Shown here in pieces: positions 37,901-49,415 of a stretch of 64,000 nucleotides of DNA. A model generated the notes under the pieces. It did no database searches and was not told where the DNA came from. It saw nothing but the letters and a program-made list of their open reading frames with translations. Position 1 is the first letter of the stretch. Every line of letters begins with the position of its first letter. Source of the DNA: Podarcis tiliguerta (Eukaryota); the NCBI GenBank assembly GCA_965153285.1, contig OZ229113.1; one strand, 5' to 3'. A program made the position numbers and the translations under genes.

Positions 37901-40656
37901 AGTGATGTATTTAGTTATAACCATGATTGTTAGACAAAAGGCAGACATGGAACCCTCTAATGAATCCATACAACCAGGATGGCTCTAGTGTGCTTGCTGA
38001 CAATCAGGGCTTTAAAGCACAGTTTCTCGTGATATCACTATGAAGTCAGGTGATTGACAGGTGGGCAGAAAATTTAGACCTGGCCCATCTTTCTGAAAAG
38101 GTCTCCCCCTGACTCCCACTTCAGATGATGAGTGTTTTATGTGAGCTCTGCCCCCAGGTATGTAAAGGTCCTGCCTTGATCCTAGATTTAAAAAATAAAT
38201 AAATAGTTTGACTTAATTTTAACTACTTCCTTGCCCCACCTAATATATATGAAGGAGATGATATGATGCAGGGATGGGGCTACTCTGCTGACGAGAGCCC
38301 ATGCGTCATGGACTGGTTGCTCAGAGGCCAGGGAGTGGTGGTGGGACAAGGATGAGCCATCAGAGGGAGAAGACTGAGGTGTCAGAAACTGAAGAGGGAA
38401 CAGGGCATAGTGAGCTGGGAGAGTCTGTGGCAGAGGGAAGTCCAGAATCAGAGGCAGACGCTGAAGCAGGGGAGGAGGCCAAGAGGCAGAGATGAGTCTG
38501 GCTGGAGAAGGTGTCTCTCCTTCCTGCTGTGACAAACTCCCTTCCCTGCTTGTCTCCCAGAACCAGAAGAAGTATGAAAAGAGCCAAGGAGAGATTAGTG
38601 AGGTGTAGATGCAGTCTCTTGCTTGGGGGGAAAAAAAACCCTGGAGAGGGGGGGGGGACTTATCTGTGGGGAGGTGGGGACCTTCAGTCTCAGCAACTGC
38701 TTTATGGGGGCAAGACCTACCAGAGATGAGTTGCGCTTTTTAGGCCCGACGCTCCTTTGCAGATAGTGTGCTTGCTGCTAAAGACTTAACCCTAACTTGC
38801 ACAGTATGATTTACTGCTGGCTCGCTCTTGACACAATGGTAGCTTTATATTTTTAAAGTGGAAATATTATCCACTGATATTTCTGTGCAAGATGGTATTC
38901 TGTGGTTCTCTCAAAATGTAACTGTTCTTCTACCATCAATTGTGGAGTTCTGACGAGGCCTGCTCGTCTTTTTGGAATGAGACAGTCTCTCACCAGGTTA
39001 GCTTGAAAGGATCTCACACACCAAGATGGATTTTGAAGGGATCTCGCACAGCCTCCAAAGCTGCTGCCCGCCTTTATTGTAGTGTTCAGCAAAATGATAC
39101 AACAATGTATCAGAAGCAAACAAAGAAAGCACAGTACATCACGCCTCTCTCAGACCATGTTACGTGGACCAATCACTAAATAGCATGGACTGATCACGCG
39201 TTGTCCATGCTTTTAAGCAGCATCTTGCTTTGCCCTGTAAGAAACTTCTGCCCATGCGCTTATGCATAAGCAACCATTTTCCTACAGAGTTCATGCATTT
39301 CAAATATTTGTACCTTTCCCAGCTCGCATGGAAGTGCTTTGTAACACCCTACCTTATTTATCTACACAATGCTACCCATCAAGGCTTGCGGAAGGGTCCA
39401 GTTTTTAAAAATCTCTGATAACACCTTTGCCTGAGACACTGGAACTGTCATTCAGGGTGGTGGGTGAAATGGACTAATGACCTATATTGGTAAAGCAGTT
39501 TTAAGTGTTATTTTCTGAGCCTTACTGATTATACTTGGGAACACTGAGTGTAGGGGTTCTCATAATGAATTACTGTGGAACAACAAAAGATAATATCTTT
39601 TGTCATGCAGATCAATATTGAAGATATAAAACTGAAGCAAGAAGAGGCTGCGGTATCCATGATCAATACTCAGTTTAAAATGGAACAAATAGTGTACTCC
39701 CAGGACAGTATTTATAGTGAAGATTTAAGTGGTATTAGAACGAAAGGTGTTGAAAATGCATCTACAGGATCAGTTGTAGTTCCTGCAAAGCTATGCTCCA
39801 TGGAGGAAATGACTTACCACTTGAACGCTTACTTCAAAGTGAGTTTCAACTTCTTTTTTTAACACCTCAATCTCCCATTACTACACGGAACAACTCTAGT
39901 AGTAAAATAAAGAAACAGAGTATCCAAAACTTTGATCTGAATAGTTTTTCTCCTGGGCTGATATAGCCTTCCACCACCTTCCCGCTCCTCTCTTAGGAGA
40001 GCTGAACTCAGTTTTAAAGTTTTTAATCTGTTGCTTTGGAGCAGCTTGCTCTTAACATAAATGTCACATAATAACCTAAATAAAGAAGTACTTACACATG
40101 CACATACATCAGGTTATCTCTTAGAGCTCTCATTGTAAAAAAAAAAAAAAAAAGTGGGTGGGGCATGGATATGATGAGAGAAATTATTTGCTCTATTGTC
40201 TGGGCCCAGAAAAAAGAGAACCAAACTAATTTGTGAAATAAATAAGGCCCCATTATCCCTCTCTGGATTGATTGTTAGTGGGAGGGATTTAAGCCTTCTT
40301 CCAGTGACCTATGTTTAAGTGGATGACCTGTTGTAATGATAGTCTTTTGATAATGCTACCTTCCTGGTTTTGTCTGTCTGTTAATCAGTCTAAAAACCCA
40401 AACATTTCTCTTATTCTGTTTGCAGAGCGCAGGAACCCGTCTTGGAACCCAAATTCCCATGATTATTCGGACATATGTTCTCCAGGATTATGCTGACAAA
40501 TTACAAAATGCAATGCTGCAACTCTTGCAAAACAAAGATCAGTTTGACATTCTCCTTCAGGAGAGGTACGATACTTCCAATGTGAGGAACACTCTGAAGG
40601 AGAAGATCAAGCGTCTCACCAAAGCACGACAGCATTTAGCAAAATTCCCCATGTAA
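27020..40656 (+). CDS. MX1: Mx interferon-induced dynamin-like GTPase, paralogue A, complete, 650 aa (MX1/MX2 orthology unresolved)
   Basis: join(27020-27115,27857-28046,29029-29166,29783-29937,30768-30906,32019-32217,32495-32573,33366-33485,34964-35105,35619-35777,37818-37894,39611-39838,40426-40656) = 1953 nt, open frame. G1 GDQSSGKS, signature LPRGSGIVTR, G3 DLPG, G4 TKPD, stalk [10 protein letters not shown]-terminal [14 protein letters not shown]; internal exon sizes (138,155,139,199,79,142,159,77) match those of paralogue B. Confidence 0.95.
27240..27620 (+). mobile_element. Degraded CR1-like 3' fragment
   Basis: ttcttcaaacaacacatagttaatctttggagttcactcccacaagatgtggtgat...tttgaaagaggattagacaaa resembles the CR1 3' end. 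Confidence 0.55.
27857..28046 (+). CDS. MX1: Mx-A exon (P-loop)
   Basis: [17 protein letters not shown]...[23 protein letters not shown]. Confidence 0.96.
28566..28620. repeat. (CCTT)n/(CTTT)n microsatellite
   Basis: Directly visible. Confidence 0.9.
29029..29166 (+). CDS. MX1: Mx-A exon
   Basis: [14 protein letters not shown]...VEEQIIR. Confidence 0.95.
29525..29755 (-). mobile_element. Tc1/mariner MITE family 1
   Basis: Reverse-orientation copy ending 27 nt before an Mx-A exon. Confidence 0.85.
29783..29937 (+). CDS. MX1: Mx-A exon
   Basis: AQNAMAGSG...[26 protein letters not shown]. Confidence 0.95.
30768..30906 (+). CDS. MX1: Mx-A exon
   Basis: [46 protein letters not shown]. Confidence 0.95.
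32019..32217 (+). CDS. MX1: Mx-A exon
   Basis: [14 protein letters not shown]...[11 protein letters not shown]...FFEEHDFFR. Confidence 0.95.
32495..32573 (+). CDS. MX1: Mx-A exon
   Basis: [26 protein letters not shown]. Confidence 0.94.
33091..33116. repeat. (CA)n microsatellite
   Basis: Directly visible. Confidence 0.95.
33366..33485 (+). CDS. MX1: Mx-A exon
   Basis: [14 protein letters not shown]...EEMTFLIQ. Confidence 0.93.
33906..34126 (+). mobile_element. Tc1/mariner MITE family 1
   Basis: Same TIRs and body. Confidence 0.82.
34908..34953. repeat. (TA)n microsatellite
   Basis: Directly visible. Confidence 0.95.
34964..35105 (+). CDS. MX1: Mx-A exon
   Basis: [17 protein letters not shown]...[13 protein letters not shown]. 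Confidence 0.93.
35619..35777 (+). CDS. MX1: Mx-A exon
   Basis: [26 protein letters not shown]...PAVEML. Confidence 0.94.
36384..36423 (-). ncRNA. Minimal hammerhead ribozyme motif, inverted copy
   Basis: Reverse complement of the 37035 motif. Confidence 0.68.
37035..37074 (+). ncRNA. Minimal type-I hammerhead ribozyme motif (PLE-associated)
   Basis: CTGAAGA (37038-44), T, helix II GACGAG/tgagac/CTCGTC, GAAA (37064-67), CGTC with predicted cleavage after GUC at 37071; helix I is short. Confidence 0.7.
37818..37894 (+). CDS. MX1: Mx-A exon
   Basis: [26 protein letters not shown]. Confidence 0.92.
39611..39838 (+). CDS. MX1: Mx-A exon (contains loop L4)
   Basis: [12 protein letters not shown]...[15 protein letters not shown]...[14 protein letters not shown]. 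Confidence 0.94.
40426..40656 (+). CDS. MX1: Mx-A last coding exon (GED/BSE)
   Basis: [15 protein letters not shown]...[10 protein letters not shown]...[17 protein letters not shown]. Confidence 0.95.
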   Translation, partial: SAGTRLGTQIPMIIRTYVLQDYADKLQNAMLQLLQNKDQFDILLQERYDTSNVRNTLKEKIKRLTKARQHLAKFPM

Positions 40657-40893
40657 TCAAGAGGTGTCTCTGTGTTAATTCCCTCTTCCAGTTGCAGAAG
40701 GAAGGGATCCTATTCATTGCTTGTGTATACAGTGGTACCTTGGTTCTCAAACGCTTTGGTACTCAAACAACTTGGAACCCAAATGCTGCAAACCCGGAAG
40801 TAAGTGTTCTGGTTTGCGAACTTTCTTCGGAAGCCAAACATGCTCCGTTTTGAGTGTTAGGCTGACTATCTGAGTGCTACACTTCCGATTTGA

Positions 40894-41126
40894 GTGTAGT
40901 GGTTAAGAGCGGTAGTCGCGTAATCTGGGTAACCGGGTTCGCGTCTCCGCTCCTCCACATGCAGCTGCTGGGTGACCTTGGGCCAGTCACAGTCTCTCAG
41001 CCCCACTCACCTCACAGAGTGTTTGTTGTGGGGGAGGAAGGGAAAGGAGAATGTGAGCCGCTTTGAGACTCCTTAAAGGGAGTGAAAGGCGGGATATCAA
41101 ATCCAAACTCTTCTTCTTCTTCTTCT
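40894..41126 (+). mobile_element. Squam3-like SINE nested in a DNA transposon
   Basis: Near-identical to the 18241 copy. Confidence 0.8.
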
Positions 41127-41557
41127 AATCTGGCCTTTGCTCATTCCTTGTGATTTTGTTTGTACAGGGGGATGGAAGTGGTTAATGTAGATTGACCAAT
41201 GAGAAAGCTCAGAGGCGGAGCCTACCTGGCTTTGAGGCTCAGCCCAGGGGTTTTACCATTGGGAGATAGAGGAGTCAGAGTCAGACAAAGCCAGTAAAAG
41301 ACGAACACAGCAGTTGTGACAGCTAGAGTGAGAGACAGGGATAGAACTGAGAGAGAAGAGTGTGACAGTGTGAGGTAGTGCCACATCTAGTTAAGGGCGC
41401 GCATTTCAGAAACCGTTCTGAATATATTTAAAACTTGCTCTTCAATAAACTTTAATCTTCGTTGTTGACTTTACAACCTGACTGAGACTCAGTATTTCAC
41501 CGGAAGAAACCTGCTTAGTGGCAGCGGAAGAATAAAGCACTGGTGTACAGGTCAATA

Positions 41558-41753
41558 CAGGGGTACCTCAGGTTAAGAACTTAATTCATCCTGGAGGTCC
41601 GTTCTTAACCTGAAACTGTTTTTAACCTGAAGCACCACTTTAGCTAATGGGGCCTCCTGCTGCTGCCGCAAAGTTCTTACTATTTGTGGATTAGCAGAGT
41701 CTGTAACCTGAAGCATTTGTAACCTGAAGCGTATGTAACCCAAGGTACCACTG
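41558..41753 (-). mobile_element. Tc1/mariner MITE family 1 (nested)
   Basis: Reverse copy flanked by TA. Confidence 0.82.
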
Positions 41754-42248
41754 TAGTCCGTGAAACGACCGGGGGCTCTGTATGAAAGCCACAACCGCAC
41801 TGCTGTTTTGAGTGTTACGCTGAGGTCTGTCTGTTTCTGCTATTGATTTTGCATTTTTGTGGCTCTTTTTTGTGTGTGACTGTGTGGAACCCAGTTCAGC
41901 TACTGACTGATTGATTGATTGACTGCAGTACATTGTTTATTGCTTTCATTTTAGGGATCAATGGTCTCATTAAATAGTAAAATTCATGTTAAATTGCTAT
42001 TTTAGGGGTTGTTTTTAAAAGTCTAAAACGGATTAATCCATTTTGCATTATTTTCTATGGGAAAGCACACCTTGCTTTTGGAAAGCTTTAGTTTTGGAAC
42101 GGACTTCCGGAACAGATTAAGTTTGAAAACCAAGGTACCACTGTATAAACAACTTAAGCTTTCATACCACCACCACCATCCTAGTAATAACTGATTTAAA
42201 AAATGCTAAATTCTAGACTTATGGTGGAAAACCTTGTTCTCCTTTTAA

Positions 42249-42254
42249 AATAAA
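42249..42254 (+). terminator. Candidate Mx-A polyadenylation signal
   Basis: AATAAA just after the nested TE block, followed by T/GT-rich sequence. Confidence 0.45.
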
Positions 42255-42858
42255 GTATTTGTTGCTGAACTGGTCTCAAATTATTGCTTTCCCTCGTATT
42301 CTTTGTTTGAGATTTTAATGCTGTTTTTTTCTCCAGGTGAATTATTACTGGTTATTTGGAGTGATTTCATGGTCTACACAATCCTTGCAATTAAAACATA
42401 GATGAATACTTTCCACCTTGAAAATGAGAGTCCACCTAAACCTAGGAATGTGCAATCAGATCAGGAGCATGCATTGTCTAGATCAGTGGATCCCCTTTTT
42501 TTTGGCCATTACGCACCTCAGCATCTCTAAAATCCTGGTGCCCCCCCCCCCCATGACATACATTCAAAAAGTAAACTCCTTTTCATGTGGAGGAAGCCTA
42601 AAAGGCCATTAACTGTTAATAATTCCTTCTCAAATTGCCACCCTGTGGGTCGTGTGCCCCACATTGGCAACCAGGGGTCTAGATGTATCATGGACAATGG
42701 GAACTTGCAATGGAATGTCTGACTTTGCGGCTTCAACACTATGCCAGCATTTTCTCTCACACTCTATTTTTCTTGACAACTGATAAAGGCTGTAATCTTA
42801 TACACACCAATTTAGGAGTAAACCCAATTAAGTCCAAGGGACTTATTTCTGCGTAGAT

Positions 42859-43371
42859 CAGGGGTCGGCAAACTAAGGCCTGGGGGCCGGGTACAGCCCA
42901 CCGGGCTCGTTAATGCGGCCTGCGAACCATGCTGACCCTGCCACCCCATGCTAAACCGATGCGGCACAGAGGCCTCACCACGTGGGGACTAACTTCCGCA
43001 ACACTGATGTGGCTTCAGATTGGCTGCAGGAAGCTCCTGCAGCCAATCCGAAGCTGCGGACACCTCTGGGCAACACCCCTTCCTTCCCGCTGAGACAGCC
43101 GCGTATGGTCAAAAGCCAAGCAGGAGGAAACGGTGGCGGCGGGGAGGCTGCCTCCACAGCCCAGGCCGTTGGAATGGGCTCTGCACCCCGCAGACCCCTG
43201 GTCGAACCAGAGGACATTACCACCGCACAAAACATGGCATCAGTGGCTGTGGCGTGACTGGCAGGGGGCTCCTTTCGGGAGAGGGGGTGCTTTTGGCAGA
43301 GGGTGGGTCCGTCCCCCAAGGTCTGAGGGACAGTGGACCAGCCCCCTCCTGAAAAGGTTTGCTGACCCCTG
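42859..43371. mobile_element. hAT-type non-autonomous element
   Basis: TIR caggggtcggcaaac / gtttgctgacccctg; imperfect 8-bp TSD gcgtagat/gcatagac. Confidence 0.75.
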
Positions 43372-44869
43372 GCATAGACATTGCACTAGAAGAGTTCTGA
43401 AGAACATGAAATCTTATTTATTGGTTTGTTGCTAGATTGGCTAGTTCTAAATACATAGCCCACAACTGTCTCTATTTGCTCTCCTGCAAAACCAATCAGT
43501 GATTGGTTTGGAGCTATGGAGTTCCCCAGAGAATTTATTAGCTGGTTCTAATTAAGCTATTATACAACTTAGTTTTGTACTGAGTTTTCATCTCTCAACT
43601 GAACCAGCACAGGCTACTTGCTACCTGTTTTCTGAGCTTGTCTCTGGCTAAGTCAAAACCCAGCTTTGTCTGTTCTGCTAGGGAGTGGCTGTGGTCAACC
43701 AGAGACAACAGGATTCACACAGAAAACAGGTAGCTTGTGGTCTGCCAATTTGCCTTCCCACCCCCCAAAAATGGCCCAAAATACCCCTCACCCTACCTTG
43801 AGATAACTGCAAGCTGCATTGTTTTAAATGTTGCTGGCTATTAGATATGAGAGTTAATAGTTTCAGTTGGTTTAATTTAGCCCTTGCTTGGCTCCTTGGC
43901 TGAAATGGAATGATTTATGTACATTAAGACTCCTCAGAACCTTTTAAAAAGTATAATAATAATCCAAAAAACAACATTCAAGGACAATGTGGTGGTTAAC
44001 AGTAGGAAGTGGAGCAAAGACCGAATGGAACAGTCAAAAGGACAGCCCTGTGTGGGGTTGAGAAAGTGGTATATGAAGCGTGTGTAAGAGTGAGAGGCAG
44101 AGAAACAGACTATTAAGGGATGTTGCAAGAGAGTGAACAATGACGTAGGGGTGTGTGAAATCAACTTCCCTAAATCAGTGGAGATCTGATTTCGCAAGCT
44201 TGATGTTAGCTTAGTGACTTTTTTATAGTGACTTACCATTGAAACTCTTTAATTGGAATGTCTGTAAATGTTTTAAGATGTGAAGAAGCCATAAGATCCA
44301 GGGCAGCACACAGATACAACATTTAAAAGCAAAAACACAGTAAAAAAGTTTTAAAACTGAACAGTCCAAGAATAATTACAATTAAAGAGTTATAAAAATG
44401 GTCTTCTATCCAATGATGGGGTTGGCAGGCACAGTATTCTCCAGCCACCAAATGCCTGGCTGAACAGGAATGTTTTCAACTTCCTCCTGAAAGTTAATAA
44501 TGACAGAGACAAACATACCATACAAGCAGGTGGGTTCGGCCCAGTCAGCCAGCACAACCCCAACCATACCTACTCAAGCAAGTCCTATTGAATTCAGTGG
44601 GGCTTCTTCTCAGCTGTGTGGTGTTAGGATTGCAGTCTTAAGGAAACTGAATTTAGGTACCATTGGAATCAATGGGAAATATTGTCATGTCTTAAATCCC
44701 ATGGATTTCAGTGGGAATGAAGTGCAGTGAAGTTGGGCCTGCAGCCAACTCCATGCATCGAACCCCCATTGCATCTCTGTAACTGATTTATTTTAAAAAT
44801 GCGGATTTGTTAAATATGAACTATATGATGCTTGGATTGAACTGTATCACTATTTAGCAGGCTATCCGA

Positions 44870-46290
44870 GGCTTCCCCTGCTCTTATAGTCGGCCCCACT
44901 CGGGTGGAGTGAGGAAGCATCTCTGCAGTGTTTGTGGGTTTTTCTTCCATCTGAGGCTCTTCCAGCTCAAGCGCGCAAGATATTTCCTCATCCAGAGCCT
45001 ACTGCACTTACGTTCGGCGGGGCCAGCTTTCCTGCACCCCAAACCTACAAAGAAGGCGGGGGGGGGGATAAGAAGGTAAAGATGCAGGGATCGGGCGTAA
45101 GGCCCGCTTCGTCCGGCATCCGGCCCCAAGGTGCCTTCTGGGAAGCTCGCCAGCAGGATCCGACCACAGCTGCGCCCTCCCCGCTGGCGATCCAGGGAAC
45201 TTAGTTGCTACGCCGGGCACCATCCTCTCCGCTCCCCGCCCCTTCCCGCTTTCCTTTCTGCCCAGATTTTACTTTTAAGTTTCATTTCCCCAGATTTTGT
45301 CCCGGGGAAGAGGCGGGGCGAGGGATGCTGCTAAATTGCCGGCCCGGAGATCCAGAGGAGACTGGCTCGGAGTCGCTTCGGTGGACGCAACAGCCAGAGA
45401 TCCGGCAGCGGGACAGATCGCCACCCAAGATCTCCGCTCCGTAAAGGTAACGTTTCCCCTCGACCCTTTCGACGCCTTGCTGTTAATCGAGTGATAGGCA
45501 AACAACCTTCTAGGAGAGATTTCATTTTATGCCGCAAGAGGGCGAGCGACGCTGGTTGCGGCTCCGCCTTCCCTCCTGGAAGAGCCGAAAGGTCTCGCTC
45601 GGTCCTTGGAGGCGCTTCAGCCTTTCCATTTAATGGGGCGAATAAAGGCTTCGTGGGGCGGGAGGGAGGGGCCATGTTCTCGGGCCCCTGGCTTGGGGAG
45701 GAAGGGCGGCGTTGATTGGCCCCCATTGCGCTCTGCCTTCGCGCCCCAGGACGCAGCAGGTGGGAAGCGTCCCGCCCGAAGTCCTGCTGGATACGGGGGT
45801 GGGAGGGTTAGTCTCGAGAAGTGAAGTTGGGATTAATAAAGGGGGCGTGGGATTTTGGTTAGGAGGCGCAGACCCTCGGATTCGTATTGCTTTTTATTGA
45901 TGGGGGGAACTGCCCCCTTGGCTACGCCAGGGAAGGGGGCTCAGTTCCCTCAGGCAGGCACGCGAAGTGCCACAAAACAGCCTGAGGGACGCAGTCGGGT
46001 TGTCGTTCTTTCACGGTCCTGTAGCACCAGCCCAGAAGTGATGCTCCGCTCCGGGCTAGTCAGGCTGTCCGGTGTAGAGAGGCGGTGTTTTCTGAGGGAA
46101 GACTGCTGGCGCCCCTTGTGGCAGAAGCGAATAGCGCTGAAGCCCTTTTGTCACCTGATATGAACGCTCCTTGTAGTTTTGGGCGTTGGCTGGTTCTTGT
46201 TTGGAGCCGCGCTAAAAGGTTCCTGTTCCAGGCAGATGCAGAGCTTGATGCCCCCTTGGTGTGGGGAAGAGCTAAGGATGGAAGTGTCAG
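44870..46290. promoter_or_regulatory. CpG island promoter of Mx-B with ISREs and non-coding exon 1
   Basis: GC/CpG-rich; TTTCCTTTCT (45250) and AGTTTCATTTCC (45278); GC boxes ccccgcccc and ggcggggcg; donor AAG|GTAACG at 45447. Confidence 0.8.
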
Positions 46291-46456
46291 GTGTGGGTGA
46301 ACGCTCCAGAATATTATTATTATAATTATTATTATCATTATCATTTCTGCTGTTGTTATTCATTTCTATTGTTAGGTTTATATACCACTCTTCATCAAAA
46401 GATCTCAGGGGGGTTCACTTTCAGGTGGCCCCCAGGCTTTTAAAGGTTCTCTAAAA

Positions 46457-46807
46457 GGGATGCAGGTGGCACTGTGGGTTAAACCACAGAGCCTAGGACT
46501 TGCCGATCAGAAGGTTGGCGGTTCGAATCCCCGTGACAGGGTGAGCTCCTGTTGTTTGGTCCCTGCTCCTGCCAACCTAGCAGTTCGAAAGCACAGCAAA
46601 GTGCAAGTAGATCCATAGGCACTGCTCCGGTGGGAAGGTAAATGGCGTTTCCGTGCGCTGCTCTGGTTCTCCAGAAGCGGCTCAGTCATGCTGGCCACAT
46701 GACCCGGAAGCTGTACGCCGGCTCCCTCAGCCAATAAAGCAAGATGAGCGCTGCAACCCCAGAGTCGGTCACGACTGGACCTAATGGTCAGGGGTCCCTT
46801 TACCTTT
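46457..46807 (+). mobile_element. Sauria SINE
   Basis: Homologous to the 13997 copy. Confidence 0.88.
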
Positions 46808-48089
46808 AACCATGTTTTAATAGAAAGTAATAATCTGAGCAATCCTGCTTGTAGTTGTGTATAGGACCACAAACTAAATATAAAGCAGGAGATTTGCAAT
46901 CAGGACCTCCCATGTTTGTCCCCACAGCTGCTGTAATGAAAACAATCAGATTAAAAACTGCAGCTTTAGGAAGAGGGTAAGATATTCTTTCCCACAGTTC
47001 TCTCAGTTAAAATCCCCCCTCCAGCAAAGTTGCTGTGTTTACCCCTGTAGGGCAGACAGCAGCCGTGTATGTAAAATTGGAGAAAGGGGCAGGGGGGAGG
47101 GGAATTAAAGCCCCTCCACCAGTGTCATGATCTTGATCTGATTCCCCTCTCCCTCCTACACACATGACTGGTTTTCTGTCTAAACATTTGTTTTCTAAAG
47201 CATGGGAGAACTTCCTTAGTGTAAGAATGGCACAAGAAAACCTGGGAACATTGCCATTTTATCAGATTTCGCTTACTGTAAATGGGAGGATGCATCACAG
47301 ACAACAGATAAATGGGATAAAAATCGAATTTTATACAATGACCAGGAACAACAAAATATATTATACTATTCAGCTGCTTATCTTATGTTACTACAGTTAC
47401 GTCATATGTGTTATGGATAATCATGCTGTGTTTTTGTTTTGTTTTTCAACTTTGAATTAAATGTTGCAGAAATCAGACCATAAGATAATCATTTGAAACA
47501 CATGCCAGGACATCTTTTATTTTCCTGATACGTATGTCAGGAGAGTCAGCTTGCACCTTTGTGTCATAGACATTATGAACATGATACAAAGTGCAAAATA
47601 TTTATACAGTAGCCGACAAAAAAAAACCCAGGCGCACGCGTTTATTCCTCAAACACACTGGAAAATGACAAAAGTTGGAAGAGGATTTTGGCAAGTTACT
47701 AAAATAGGGTTGCCTTTTAAATATCAGCTTGTCTAGCAGCTTTCTTTGCATTACATGGAAGTCTGCCATTACACATATTAGAGCATTTTTGCACAACTCT
47801 GTTCTTGTGGTTAGAGCAGAATATGAATCAAACACTTCCGTCCTTTGTTTCACACACAGTCAGCTGTCAATTATTTAGAAGTCTAGGCCTCATTGATTTC
47901 GTTAACATTTTTTTAAAGTGTGAGAGAACATCATCACTTAGCAATGAGCAAATTCTTGAGAGAACTGGCTAGGAAACAGAGTGAAAATGATGTATTGAGA
48001 AGAAGGTAGGAACCTGCCATCTAGTGGACAAAGATTGAATTATTGACATTGCCTTTAAAACCGTACACAAAATCTACAGTAGGACAATA

Positions 48090-48329
48090 CAGTGGTACCT
48101 TGGTTCCCGAACGGCATAGTGGGCGAACAAATCGGCTCCCAAACGCCGCAAACCTGGAAGTAAGTGTTCCGGTTTGCAAATGTTTTTTGGAAGCTGAACA
48201 TCCATTTCAGCTGTCGGCATTGTTTCTTGGGCCAATCAGCCAATCAGAAGCTGCGTCTTGGTTTTCGAACATTTTGGAAGTTGAGCGGACTTCCAAAATG
48301 GATTGAATTCAAGAACCATGGTACCACTG
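48090..48329. mobile_element. Tigger-like MITE
   Basis: CAGTGGTACC TIRs, TA flanks. Confidence 0.78.
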
Positions 48330-49232
48330 TACCTTTACTAAGCCTACCAGGTATTGGATATTCCCCTAAAGTGGATTTAGGATTTTTTTTTTCTTATTGG
48401 CCAACATGTTTATTTTTGCTTTTTCAAATACCAGGAGCTCTTTACACAAGTGGGTTCCCTGCCTTTTCTGCAGGGCACACAATGTGTGTGGTTTGTACAA
48501 AGAGGGTTCTAGAAGGTTTCTTCTCGTTGTGATCAAAGGTTTATTTCTATGTGAAAGAAACAGGAAGAAGGTTTTGGATGTTTGGGTTATTTCTCTGGGA
48601 ATCTGAGTACAGCTGGTTTCAACTGGTTTTGTTGTTCGTTCTGTCAAGGTCATACTGACTAATATAGTAAGGCCAGGAGGAGCCTGGGTCTCACTCACTT
48701 TCACTTCTGCCTTTGTTCTAGTGTTCTGTTTCTTTATGCTGTAGTGTTAAGGTTTAGTCTTACAAAGTTTGTAAGTTTTGTTGTAAGTGCTGCAACTGGA
48801 TTTTTATGGACTGTGCCAATCCCAATTGTTTTGGATTTGTGACCATTTATGCTCATTTGCTTTACCAGTAAAACTCTGCTGGATGATGTACAATTGCCCC
48901 TGGTCTGTTTTTTGGAAACTCTGCTGCACGTGTTTAAGTTTTTTCCTCCAGTGCTAATGCGACAGTGACCACCTGGTTGATACCCTCAGCCTTGGAGCAG
49001 GTGCTTCGTCACAATCTGAAATCCTGTGGGCGCTGGCCAGCTGACAAGAGTAGCAGTGAGTGAAGACAGGACTTCTTTGCTATCTTCTGCTACTTCAGAG
49101 TAGTGGTAGTGGTGGTAGTGAACACAGCTGGCTTTGAATTTCCATTTGTATTTATACTTTATGCTTATGGGTTAAGAGCCGAAACCTGGAAATTCTTCAT
49201 TTGCATCTCTACTCCTTTCTTCTTCTTCTGAT

Positions 49233-49415
49233 GCCTTAAAGACTTAATACATTTATTGTGGCATAAGCTTTCAAGGACTGCAGTCCTCTGTATCAGATAC
49301 ACAAAGTGCTGTCTTGACTAGGAGGACAGATAGCACTTCACACACCTGCTGTTGACTGCAGTCTGTGAAGCTTATGCCATAATACACTTATTTATTTATA
49401 TTTATGGTGCAACAG
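49233..49415. mobile_element. Degenerate inverted Penelope/Neptune-like pLTR remnant
   Basis: atttattgtggcataagctttc..gactgcagtc versus gactgcagtc..gaagcttatgccataat; eroded hammerhead core on the minus strand. Confidence 0.55.

Larger units (their letters stand above)
40730..42143. mobile_element. Tigger-like DNA transposon with nested insertions, downstream of the Mx-A stop
   Basis: TA|CAGTGGTACCTTGGTT...AACCAAGGTACCACTG|TA; interrupted at about 40894-41810. Confidence 0.75.

Noticed and set aside
38285-38832. Possible solo LTR in an Mx-A intron (a similar candidate at about 48370-49012)
   Set aside because: Composition and 3' ends are suggestive, but I could not define clean TG...CA termini with a TSD
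44884-46363. Cluster of ORFs around 45-46 kb
   Set aside because: Same CpG-island artefact at the Mx-B promoter
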